DNA of 63,410 nt, the filler included, from Folioceros fuciformis (lineage: Eukaryota), in assembly GCA_049999805.1 (NCBI GenBank). It is 4 parts of 4 records of this genome, joined end to end, with 100 filler letters (N's around TTAATTAATTAA, not from the genome) between each part and the next. Parts side by side here need not be neighbours in the genome. Positions count along the whole stretch, not along the records: positions 1 to 26,896 come from JBNGIO010006003.1; 3 more parts are not named here. One strand, written 5' to 3'. The notes beneath the pieces were generated by a model. That model was given only the letters and a program-made list of their open reading frames with translations, made no database searches and had not been told where the DNA came from. Of this stretch, positions 1 to 9,276 are shown piece after piece. Numbering within the stretch: position 1 is the stretch's first letter; each line of letters starts with the position of its first letter. The position numbers and the translations under genes are program-made.

Positions 1-7
1 CCCTTAC

Positions 8-64
8 TTCCATCCGACGGCTGAGCAACGCGGCTGCAACTCCGACTCCGACTCCTGCTGCCAT
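8..64 (-). CDS. Possible first coding exon of a divergent gene that runs off the window (MAAGVGVGVAAALLSRRME)
   Basis: Minus-strand GCACCATGG start context at 64, then 19 codons followed directly by a GTAAG donor at 7-3. Product unknown. Confidence 0.35.
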
Positions 65-367
65 GGTGCCGCGCGCACAGCTGCTCTTTCTCCTTCTTGG
101 AGCTGCCTCCTCCGCCGTGTGACGCCGCCCTCCCGCAAGGCGGGTCCTTCTGCATTGGCGGCTGCATGCACGCGCTCTTGGCTGCTCATGGCTCTGTTGC
201 CGCAATTGCCTTCCTCTGGAGCAAGAACGGCTGGCCTCGCATTTGTTTGATGCCGTGTCTTGAGTAGGTTCGAGACGGGGAGTGGTGGCCGGGATCGAGG
301 CGCGGCGCGGTTGCGGGGAGGCGGTTCTTGAGCCGGAGCCTTTTCCGCCGGCGAAGAGGCTGCCGAT

Positions 368-3300
368 ATGAACAAGCAGGCGCTGGCCACGCTGGCGAGG
401 CCGACGCTGGACATCGGCGTCGGAGCGGATAACCCGCCGTTGGAGAATCTGGTGGCCATCAAGTTCGACCTCTTGAGCGACGACAAGCTCCGGGCCTGCT
501 CCGTCTTTGACCACGAGGCCATATCCAGTAGAGAGCAGCTGCTGGACCCCAGGCTCGGGCTGCCCACCGTCGGGGACACGTGCACCACCTGCCGGGCCAC
601 CGAGTTCCCGGACTGTCCCGGCCATTTTGGCCACATCAAGCTCGCGCAGCCTATATACCATCCCAGCTTCGTGTTGCACGTAAAGAGGTTTCTGGCGAGA
701 GTGTGTCTGGCGTGTGGGAGTTTGCGGGTGAAGAGGAAGTCGTCTGCGGTGCAGGAGGTACTCGACGCGCTGGCGGCGGGGCCTGACTTCGTGGACGTGG
801 AGGTGCAGGCGGAGCCGACCGTCATTATTGGGAGTGCCTCGGTGCCGGTTCCCACTACGGTTGTAGGGAGGCCTCCCAGGGCCGGGAAAGCGGGTAGTGC
901 GGCTGCGGCAGCGCCTTCCAGTCAGGCGTCGACGAGCAGGAGTGGAAAGAGGAAGGCCGATACCTCTCTTGGGCTTGTCGCGGTGGGGGACGAGGACGTG
1001 GGGAATGGCAAGGGTGGCAGTCGTAACTACTACTTACGGCCTCGGAAGAAGAGGTCTGCGAAAGCGGAGTTTGTGGATCTCACGGATGGAGGTGACGAGG
1101 ATCATGACCCTGCCTCTGGGCTGGCGCTGGCGCTGGCGCTGGTGCCTGGCACCCCTACCGTGCCGGGTACCCCGGTCAATGTCATTCCGATTTTCCAGCC
1201 GCCAGAGCAGGCAGCTAGGCCCTCCCCGAAGAAGACCAAGAAAGCCAAGGCAGGAGAGAAGAAGTCTTTGGGGGGGAGGAGGTGTCGATACTGTCAGCCT
1301 TCCCTCTTCAAGGACGACATTCAGTATCCGGCGATTTCTTTGAAGGTGGTTTCCAGACCGGCAGGCCAGACTAGGGACAGGATCGAGGTTATTGAGATGG
1401 AGATCAAGCCAGACGATGAAATTGGTCTAGAGTTCTGGGACTTTCTTGGGGAGAAGGAGGAGGAGGAGGACGACAGTGTGGAATTCCCGTTGAAACGGCC
1501 GCTGCTTCCGTCCTCTGCTTTGAAGGTTTTTCGGAAGGTGTCGTTCGAGTCAAGGAGGAAGATCGGGATCATGAACCCGGAGGCCATGATCATTCAGCAC
1601 TTGCCAGTGCCTCCCAATTGCACGCGGGTGGTTGATGAGGATCTGTTCGGTGCTACGTCGTCCGACTACGGCGACGACAAGACGACGCACTTTTTGAAAA
1701 TGATCATCCAGAGAAACAACAATTGCAAGAGCAAGAAAATCCGTCCAAGCCTTCAATGGGAATTGCTGCAAGGGCTTATTGGGCAGTACTTTCGAATGAA
1801 GGGAGCCTCGAAGGTGTCAGGTGCATTGGAGCCTCGCATTGGACAGAACCGTCTTTCTGAGCAGAGCCTCAAGACTAAGTGGAAGACGAGACTCAAGGAC
1901 TCTGTGGTAGGAAAGGTCTCCAACCATTGTGCCCGCAGTGTCATATATGGGGACCCGTTTATGAAGATCGACGAGATTGGCATCCCTGACGAGATTGCCA
2001 AGATGGTGACTGTGCCCGAAAGGGTGAACAGCATCAGCTTAGCCAAGCTGCAAAAGGTCGTTCAGGAAGTCAAGGATCAAGGTCCCAAAGGATCCTTAGC
2101 AAGAAGGGGTGTGCCTTACTATGAAAGAGACGGGGAGATTACAGCCACAGCCAAGAACCCTGATTGGGAGCCCCAGATAGGTGATGTAGCGTATCGCTTT
2201 CTCATGGATGGCGACCTGGTTTTTGTAAACAGGAACCCATCGTTACACAAACACTCGTTGGTTGCTTTGAGAGTTCGAAGGCATAGCCCCACGGCAATTG
2301 CGTTGAATCCACTCTTGTGTGGCCCTCTGAATGCTGATTTTGACGGGGATGCTCTTCACGTTTTTGCTCCTCAGTCTTTCGAGGCTCTGGGGGAGATGCG
2401 TGAGTTGATGACTGTTCCCCAGCAGATCATATCTCCTCAAGGTGGCCAGGTGGTGATCCGCCTCACCCAAGATGCCTTGTTGGGCGCTTACCTGCTGACA
2501 AGTTCGGGGGTGTTTGTGGACAAGCCTGCGATGGGGCAGCTGGTGTGTGAAACCTCCTCCTCCATGCCCGCACCGGCTATATTAAAATCTCCCAACTCCG
2601 GTCCCCTCTGGACTGGGGCTCAAGTCTTTGGTTTGACTTTGCCTGCTGAGCTGGACTACGCTCACTCCAGTGGGGTGCTCATCTCCAAAGGTGAACTGCT
2701 GCGCAGTGGTGGGGCATCAGATTGGCTGGGGAGCTCTCCAGATAGCATTGTCGGCCAGATTTGCAGCAAATTGGGACCAGAGTGTGCAGTTGAACATCTT
2801 AATATTGCCCAGTACGTCATTCATGGATGGTTACTCATGAGAGGTTTCAGCATTGGTCTGGATGATGTCTATGCTGCGAAGGACAGTGCATCACGGAAGA
2901 AACTAACTAGGGCCATCAAGGAAGAATTCGGGATTCGCAAGCGCAGGGTTTTGGATCATCCTCTTGTTTCTGGTAACCTGCGAAATAAACGAATTAGTGC
3001 TCCTGAGGATTTTGATTTCATGGATTTGGATGGGGATGACGAATTGCTTCAAAAAGTCGAGCAGATTATTTCCAGATCCAAAGACAAGCACAAGGAAGAG
3101 ATTGCTGTCGTTGAGTTTCGTGGGCTCCCAGCCATAATTGAGAGGCTTATTACAAGTCAGATGACCCAAAGCAATTCCTTGTTAAGCATGGTCAAATCTG
3201 GAAGCAAAGGCTCCATGGCAAAGGTTGTTCAGCAGAGTGGACTTGTGGGACTACAGCTCAACGTTGGAGCCAAGCTTCTTCCTCAGAAAAAAAGCTGCAA

Positions 3301-6300
3301 ATTCAAGTATGGGGTGCCCCTTCAGCAGGGTGGCAGCAGTGATGACGAAGGAGCATGGGAGGGGTGTGGATTTGTCGGAAGCTCTTTTCTTGAAGGGCTC
3401 AGTCCAATCGAGTTTTTCACTCATGCCATGTCCTCTCGACTGGCAACAATCTCCCAGTGCTTAGACGTAAGGGAGCCTGGGTCTTTGTTTAAAAGTCTGA
3501 TGTGCTTTTTACGTGATTTATATGTTGCACATGATGGGACTGTGCGCACGGGACTTGGAAAGTGTGTTATCCAATATTTTTATGGGGGAGCTCTGGCTGC
3601 CTGTGAAACTACAAGTATGGATGACGAGGCTATGAAAGAAGTCTGTCAAACTGCAGCAGGTGAGCCAGTTGGGGTGCTAGCTGTTACTGCACTTGTTCAA
3701 CCCATATACCAAGCAATATTGGACACACCACATCAAACAGGGATCAAAGATATGAGGCCATTGGAGCTGCTGCAGGAAACCCTTCTGCCCAGATTCAAGT
3801 CGGAAGCAAAATGTTGTGATCGGAAAGTGATTCTACGACTGATCAAACCATCACTCTGCAACTGCAATACGGAGCTTTATGGGTGCAGTTGCCTGGAGAA
3901 AGTAGCTGTGCAGGTTCAAAATCACCTGAGAAAGCTTTCTCTAGACAAGCTTGTCACAGGAACGGCCATTATGTTTGAACCTCAAGATGGAGTATCAGTA
4001 TCTCCTTGGATTGGTCACATGGAGATGTCCTTGGGCGAGCTGGAGTATCATGAGCTCACAATAGAAGGTCTCGTATTTCAGCTAGAGAAGCTTGTCACGG
4101 ACCCAAAGAACGCCAAGATTTTTGGACACGTAGAGTTCTCGGAGTGCATCAGTTGCAACTGCACCAAAAGCAACGAGGGTGCTTGCATTCGCATCCGAAC
4201 AGAACCCTCTCTTCACATCCCCACCTTGGCTGCATCCCTGGAGTTTATGAAGTACACGTTACTACCTGCCTTTCTGAAGACAGTGGTAAAGGGCAGCAAA
4301 CTCATACAGTCTGTGAACATCCTTTGGGAAACTAAAGCATCTCCATTCAGAATGTCGGCGACGGATCCTGAAGAAACTGTAGTTGAGGTGGTCACGCAGG
4401 GGAAGCAGCCTCGTGGAAAGTCATTCTCCATAGTGAAGGTTGCATGCATTACCATAATGGATTTAATCGATTGGAGTAGGAGTTCCCCGTACAGCATACA
4501 AGAGCTGCGAGAGTCACATGGCATTGAAGCTGCCCATCATTGCGTCCTGCAAAGGTTGAAGCTTGCCGTGAAGAGCATGGGCACTGCTGTTCACCCACAT
4601 CACTTACAGTTGATCGCAGATTTCATGGCGTTCACTGGTGATGCTGTTGGATTTGTGTATGCTGGGTACAAGGATTACATCCGAAGCATCTCTTGCTCTG
4701 CACCATTTACTATGGGTGCATTTCAGGCACCATGGAAGAGCTTTGCAGATGCTGCCCAGAAAGGAGAGAGTGAGACTGTGAATGGCGTGCTTTCCTCCTG
4801 TGCTTGGGGAAAAAGAGCCCCCGTTGGCACCGGGGCAGACTTTGGGGTTCGGTACGTTGCCAGAGACACAGCCAAGCTACTGGAGGTTGATACCCATGAG
4901 TTGTATTGCCAGGTTGCTGCAGAAGTGGCTAGACTGAGGCCAGTTCCAGAGATCCCGTTCCCAGAAATGGAGGACGTCTCACCTGGTGCAACAGATATGG
5001 AGACGGGCGGATGGGGCACTAAAGGAAATGCAGCCTTGGATCCGTGGGAGACAGGAAAAGGAAGTGGCCAGCCTTCCTTTGGTGGGTGGGGGGATGAACC
5101 CATGAGTGGAAAGACAAAGGATCCCACAGGCTCTCCAGGTTGGGGTACTTCTGAAAACACTGGTGCTGAGAGTTGGGGAGACAAACCTACAGCTAGATGG
5201 GGCACGGGTAGAGGGGAAGACACATCAGGTAAGACATCTCACGATGAGTGGGAAGGCGCGAAGGCAACAGGTTGGGGTGCAACGGAGGGGACTGACGCCG
5301 GGTGGGGTAAAGAACAAAAAGGCAGTAAGGATGATGGTTGGGATGACACCACTAAGTCAGCCAGCGGTGGTGGTGTTTGGGCTGACGCAGCAGTACCGCA
5401 AGCGTCAAATGAGTGGGGAGATGCAGGTAATGCTGGAGATGCTGGGGACCAAGTTCCATCATCAAGTGGATGGGATGAGGATGTCGCAGCCGGATGGGGA
5501 GATGCACGGAAGGCTGTACCTGGAGATGCTAGGGCCCAAGTTGCACCAGCAGGTGGGTGGGATGATGTCGCAGACGGATGGGGAGATGCACGTAAAGCCG
5601 CCGCAGGGGAGATTGTCGAGTGGGGCCAAGCTCCATCTGCAGGTGGACGGGAAGACGACGCCCTCGGGTGTTGGGGTAGTGTTCGTACGACTGCGGCCGA
5701 GGATGGTCAACTTGAAGACAACTGGGGTCAACCTGCATCTGTGGCTGGACAGGATGATACGGCCCCACCATCCCTTTCAGCACCTAGGCCTAGGCACAAG
5801 AAGCCCATTGACGACTTCTCGGGTGGACGGAAAAGGAAACAGGATACGTCATGTTCTGGTGCAAACATGGAACCTCTTGGTAAAAATAGATTTTGGAATA
5901 AGGGAAACCTCAGTGTTTCTCATAAACCAGATGGTAACGTGCAGCCAGCTGCTGAATCAGGTGCCTGTGGCGTGTCGAGAATTGACGTAGAAAGCCAGGA
6001 AGCTGGTAGAGTAGACAATGCTTTGTGGGATGCAGGTGGTGGAGGCTGGCGCGACAAGAAGGAGGCTGTCGAGGAATGTAGGGGCTGGAATATCCCAGAA
6101 GGAGGAAGGGAACAGCCTAGCTGGGGAGATAGGGGCAAGGTAGATGCGAATGAATCAGGTCGGGGGAAGGCAGATACACATGAATCAGGTTGGGGCAAGG
6201 CCGATACGAATGAATCAGGTTGGGACCACAAACAATCAGCGGAAATTGATGATTGGTGTGCTAAGGAAGATGATGCGGGGGCAAAGAAAAACGATTGGGA

Positions 6301-6862
6301 ACCCGTAGTAGACACTGGAGACTTCGGTGCGTGCGAACCTGAGCTCCTTCCTGGGGTCAAAGGTAGAGGACGTTGGGCAACAAGGGATGCGCAACAAACA
6401 GGAAGACAGACTGGGCGTCCACCACGCGCGCCAGGCGCGCAACCTGGACCACGCGCGGCACGATTCCAAGAGGCCCCTGTCTTGTCACCTGAAGACGATG
6501 AAGTGAAGACAGAGATCGCGGCAGTCCTGCGGAGAGTACAAGAGATCTTATACAAAGGTGGGAAACTTTCCGACGAGGATGCCTTGTTCATTATCGAAAA
6601 GGTTCTTGCCTACCATCCGGACAAAGAAATGAAGACCAGAGGCGGCATCGATCACGTCAAGGCTGATTCGCACCCGCTGTATCCTGCCGCTCGATGCTTT
6701 CTAATCGTGAAGAAAGATGGTTGCGAAACTGATTTGTCTCACCACAGGTGTATGCAGGAATTTGCGAGGTCTAAGAGCAAGGTGTTGTTCGAGAACTATT
6801 CCTTGTTCTTTAAACCACCGAAACCTTCGAAGTCTAGAGAGTCTAGAGTTGAACAGGAATGA
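368..6862 (+). CDS. NRPE1: DNA-directed RNA polymerase V largest subunit, single exon, 2164 aa
   Basis: Rpb1-family motifs: LDPRLG..CTTC..CPGHFGHI, VNRNPSLH, NADFDGD (2330-2350), SGSKG. NRPE1-type signatures: EPGSLFKSLM...DGTVR and AGEPVGVLA. CTD has about 20 WG/GW motifs instead of YSPTSPS heptads and ends in a DeCL/DUF3223-like domain (VLAYHPDKEMK..RCFLIVKKDG). Confidence 0.93.
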   Translation: MNKQALATLARPTLDIGVGADNPPLENLVAIKFDLLSDDKLRACSVFDHEAISSREQLLDPRLGLPTVGDTCTTCRATEFPDCPGHFGHIKLAQPIYHPSFVLHVKRFLARVCLACGSLRVKRKSSAVQEVLDALAAGPDFVDVEVQAEPTVIIGSASVPVPTTVVGRPPRAGKAGSAAAAAPSSQASTSRSGKRKADTSLGLVAVGDEDVGNGKGGSRNYYLRPRKKRSAKAEFVDLTDGGDEDHDPASGLALALALVPGTPTVPGTPVNVIPIFQPPEQAARPSPKKTKKAKAGEKKSLGGRRCRYCQPSLFKDDIQYPAISLKVVSRPAGQTRDRIEVIEMEIKPDDEIGLEFWDFLGEKEEEEDDSVEFPLKRPLLPSSALKVFRKVSFESRRKIGIMNPEAMIIQHLPVPPNCTRVVDEDLFGATSSDYGDDKTTHFLKMIIQRNNNCKSKKIRPSLQWELLQGLIGQYFRMKGASKVSGALEPRIGQNRLSEQSLKTKWKTRLKDSVVGKVSNHCARSVIYGDPFMKIDEIGIPDEIAKMVTVPERVNSISLAKLQKVVQEVKDQGPKGSLARRGVPYYERDGEITATAKNPDWEPQIGDVAYRFLMDGDLVFVNRNPSLHKHSLVALRVRRHSPTAIALNPLLCGPLNADFDGDALHVFAPQSFEALGEMRELMTVPQQIISPQGGQVVIRLTQDALLGAYLLTSSGVFVDKPAMGQLVCETSSSMPAPAILKSPNSGPLWTGAQVFGLTLPAELDYAHSSGVLISKGELLRSGGASDWLGSSPDSIVGQICSKLGPECAVEHLNIAQYVIHGWLLMRGFSIGLDDVYAAKDSASRKKLTRAIKEEFGIRKRRVLDHPLVSGNLRNKRISAPEDFDFMDLDGDDELLQKVEQIISRSKDKHKEEIAVVEFRGLPAIIERLITSQMTQSNSLLSMVKSGSKGSMAKVVQQSGLVGLQLNVGAKLLPQKKSCKFKYGVPLQQGGSSDDEGAWEGCGFVGSSFLEGLSPIEFFTHAMSSRLATISQCLDVREPGSLFKSLMCFLRDLYVAHDGTVRTGLGKCVIQYFYGGALAACETTSMDDEAMKEVCQTAAGEPVGVLAVTALVQPIYQAILDTPHQTGIKDMRPLELLQETLLPRFKSEAKCCDRKVILRLIKPSLCNCNTELYGCSCLEKVAVQVQNHLRKLSLDKLVTGTAIMFEPQDGVSVSPWIGHMEMSLGELEYHELTIEGLVFQLEKLVTDPKNAKIFGHVEFSECISCNCTKSNEGACIRIRTEPSLHIPTLAASLEFMKYTLLPAFLKTVVKGSKLIQSVNILWETKASPFRMSATDPEETVVEVVTQGKQPRGKSFSIVKVACITIMDLIDWSRSSPYSIQELRESHGIEAAHHCVLQRLKLAVKSMGTAVHPHHLQLIADFMAFTGDAVGFVYAGYKDYIRSISCSAPFTMGAFQAPWKSFADAAQKGESETVNGVLSSCAWGKRAPVGTGADFGVRYVARDTAKLLEVDTHELYCQVAAEVARLRPVPEIPFPEMEDVSPGATDMETGGWGTKGNAALDPWETGKGSGQPSFGGWGDEPMSGKTKDPTGSPGWGTSENTGAESWGDKPTARWGTGRGEDTSGKTSHDEWEGAKATGWGATEGTDAGWGKEQKGSKDDGWDDTTKSASGGGVWADAAVPQASNEWGDAGNAGDAGDQVPSSSGWDEDVAAGWGDARKAVPGDARAQVAPAGGWDDVADGWGDARKAAAGEIVEWGQAPSAGGREDDALGCWGSVRTTAAEDGQLEDNWGQPASVAGQDDTAPPSLSAPRPRHKKPIDDFSGGRKRKQDTSCSGANMEPLGKNRFWNKGNLSVSHKPDGNVQPAAESGACGVSRIDVESQEAGRVDNALWDAGGGGWRDKKEAVEECRGWNIPEGGREQPSWGDRGKVDANESGRGKADTHESGWGKADTNESGWDHKQSAEIDDWCAKEDDAGAKKNDWEPVVDTGDFGACEPELLPGVKGRGRWATRDAQQTGRQTGRPPRAPGAQPGPRAARFQEAPVLSPEDDEVKTEIAAVLRRVQEILYKGGKLSDEDALFIIEKVLAYHPDKEMKTRGGIDHVKADSHPLYPAARCFLIVKKDGCETDLSHHRCMQEFARSKSKVLFENYSLFFKPPKPSKSRESRVEQE
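5008..6225 (+). repeat. WG/GW Argonaute-hook repeat platform of the NRPE1 CTD
   Basis: About 20 Trp residues flanked by Gly; duplicated GWD(E)DVAxGWGDARKA units; three 9-aa K(V/A)D(A/T)(N/H)ESG(R/W)G-type units near 6135-6225. Confidence 0.85.
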
Positions 6863-6996
6863 TCTAATTAGATATTTGCAGACTTAAAGTAGAACGCATG
6901 GCGAGTCGCCGAGCATTGTGGAAGTGATGGTAGTGGGTTAGACGAAGCGGATATTGAGGTACATGATGATGGGAAACCTATTGCTGTGGGACAACG

Positions 6997-9276
6997 CTAA
7001 ACCTTCAAAAGCTGTAAACTCAACTCCTTCAGCTTGGCACAAAGCTGCTTACTTTGTGAGTGTGCGACATTGCCGGCCATGAACACATGCACCTCATGGT
7101 TATGCTCAATCCAGGTGAGGCCAGGCTTATTCCACGCTCCTGAGTGCCGCCTTAACTCGTCGACTTCCTTTGCTTCATCCCACATGCCAGCGTCGGAATA
7201 CATATTCGCCATTAGCAAATACGCAGCACCTTGCTCTGGCTGCAACCGCACGGCCCACTCAAACACCCGCTTTCCAAGCTCTAGACTTTCGTACTTGCGG
7301 CATGCGCCAAGTAGGGACAAGAACACTGCCAAGTCAGGCTGCATCGGCATTCTCGACAGCAGAGCTTCAGCTTCAACTAAAAGCCCAGCTCGACCAAGAA
7401 GATCAACAAGAGCTGCATAATGGTCCACTTCCGCAGCAATCCCGTAGTTTTGAGTCATGCATACAAAATACTCGATTCCCTTCTCAACCATACCACAGTG
7501 ACTGCATGCAGAGAGAACTAAGACAAAGGTAACTGAATCTGGCAATGTTCCCGCCTGCTGCAGTTCCTCAAAGCATCTCAAGGTCATCTTCCACTCTCCC
7601 AATCTTGCGTAACCTGAAATCAAGGCATTCCATACTACTATATCTTTTCGGGGCAGCAAGTGAAAGATGTGCCAAGCGTCTACCATATTGCCACAGTTTC
7701 CATAAGCGTGGATAAGTGCGGTGCCTAAAGGAAGACTTAAAGGAAGACTCAGATCAGACCTTGACTGCATAATCTGATGGTGAATCAGAGTACACGCACA
7801 GAGGGTTCCAACATCGCTGCACGCTTTCAGAGCCCATACAAAAGTAGCCTCATTTGGTTGCACACCTTCCAACTGCATCTTGGCATATTGCAACAAAGCT
7901 TGCTCACCTTGTTGCTGCTGCACGAAAGCAGAGATTATGGCATTCCAGGTTACCACATCACGCTGGGACATGAACTCGAATACACGCTTTGCATCAAGGA
8001 TGCTGCCACAATTTGCGTACATCTGAATAAGAGTATTCGCGACAAACAAGTTGGACTGATAACCTCGTTGCATGACTTCAGCATGTATAGCCTTTCCCTG
8101 CCGTAGGGCACCCACCATGAACAATCCCCCGTCTGTAAGCATGCTTCCCTCCCTTTCTGCTAAGCTAGCACATGCCGTAACCACTATCACGAAGGTGCGA
8201 TCGTCGGGATTCACACCTTCAACTGACATTTGGGCATAGAGTTGCAGAGCCCTTTCACTCTGATTTTCCTGAACATATGCTGCCAGCATTGCATTCCATG
8301 ATACCACACAACCCTGTGCCACTGCATTAAATACATTCCTAGCAACCTCAATACTACCGCAGCTTGCATACATGTGGATGAGAGAACTCCGGACGAATAC
8401 GTTTGACTCGTAACCCAACGCAGCGGCTTCGGTATGAAGGATCCTGCCCTGCCTCAAGGCGTCATCTTTAGCTGATGAGTGCCCCATGCTAGCAAGCTTG
8501 CCGCATGCCTTAAGCAAACTCACAAATGTCCTCTCGCTGGGCCTCACACCATCTTGCTTCATCTTCAGATACAATTCAAAAGCTTTTTCACCATGTTCTA
8601 CCTGGGCATAGCCAGAAATTAACGCATTCCATGATGCTATGTCTGGCTCGGACAGGTTGTCAAACACGAATTGTGCCTCTACCATGCTTCCACTCCGTGC
8701 ATACATGTCCAGGAGAGTTGTTGCAACGAATAAGTCAGACTCACAATCATGCCTCACGATCTCTGCATGAATCCATCTCAAATCTTCAGCCCTAGAGCAT
8801 GCTCTAAGAAGAGCTAGGAATGTATGTTTATTCGGCCTCACATCGTGTCCGAGCATCTGGTGATACATTTGGAGAGCCTTACAGCTGTCTCCAGCCTTGG
8901 TTAAACCCGATATAATGGCAGTCCACCCAAAAACACTCCGATGATGTAATCTAAGGAACAATTGAAGGGCATCTGATATATCTCCCCGCCTGACCAGTGC
9001 ACTGACAAGAGTTTCACCCAATAAAGCGCTTGTCTCCAACCTCTTTGCTGCAATGTGGGCATGCAGTTGCTTGATCTCAGCCAGCGCCCCTTTCTTGATA
9101 CAAGTCTGCAACAGGCGCCTGTAACTTTCAGCTGAGGGCACAGCACCCTGTTGGTCCAGAAATGACAGAACATGCAGCGCCTTTTGCACCTGCCCCTCCT
9201 CACAGAAGCGTCTCAACTCATGTTCATCACCCGAGTTCATGTAGAACCTGGCGTGGATAACAGTTGAAACCTTCAT
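6997..9276 (-). CDS. PLS-class pentatricopeptide repeat protein with E/E+ domains and no DYW (organellar RNA editing factor type), single exon
   Basis: Repeated WNAMLAAY/WNALISGY and LIHMYASCG motifs; E domain (HYAALVDLLGRAG...AAYLLMANMY); PG-box KPGLTWIE; stop before any HxE/CxxC DYW domain. Confidence 0.93.
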   Translation of the reverse strand: MKVSTVIHARFYMNSGDEHELRRFCEEGQVQKALHVLSFLDQQGAVPSAESYRRLLQTCIKKGALAEIKQLHAHIAAKRLETSALLGETLVSALVRRGDISDALQLFLRLHHRSVFGWTAIISGLTKAGDSCKALQMYHQMLGHDVRPNKHTFLALLRACSRAEDLRWIHAEIVRHDCESDLFVATTLLDMYARSGSMVEAQFVFDNLSEPDIASWNALISGYAQVEHGEKAFELYLKMKQDGVRPSERTFVSLLKACGKLASMGHSSAKDDALRQGRILHTEAAALGYESNVFVRSSLIHMYASCGSIEVARNVFNAVAQGCVVSWNAMLAAYVQENQSERALQLYAQMSVEGVNPDDRTFVIVVTACASLAEREGSMLTDGGLFMVGALRQGKAIHAEVMQRGYQSNLFVANTLIQMYANCGSILDAKRVFEFMSQRDVVTWNAIISAFVQQQQGEQALLQYAKMQLEGVQPNEATFVWALKACSDVGTLCACTLIHHQIMQSRSDLSLPLSLPLGTALIHAYGNCGNMVDAWHIFHLLPRKDIVVWNALISGYARLGEWKMTLRCFEELQQAGTLPDSVTFVLVLSACSHCGMVEKGIEYFVCMTQNYGIAAEVDHYAALVDLLGRAGLLVEAEALLSRMPMQPDLAVFLSLLGACRKYESLELGKRVFEWAVRLQPEQGAAYLLMANMYSDAGMWDEAKEVDELRRHSGAWNKPGLTWIEHNHEVHVFMAGNVAHSQSKQLCAKLKELSLQLLKV

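Noticed and set aside
4-855. 283-aa minus-strand ORF overlapping NRPE1
   Set aside because: GC-rich antisense shadow with no recognisable domain.
5106-5990. 294-aa alternative-frame ORF in the NRPE1 CTD
   Set aside because: By-product of the repetitive G-rich WG coding sequence.
368-6862. Calling the gene NRPB1 or NRPD1
   Set aside because: No heptad CTD. The long WG/GW platform and the EPGSLFK and AGEPVGVLA motifs favour NRPE1.
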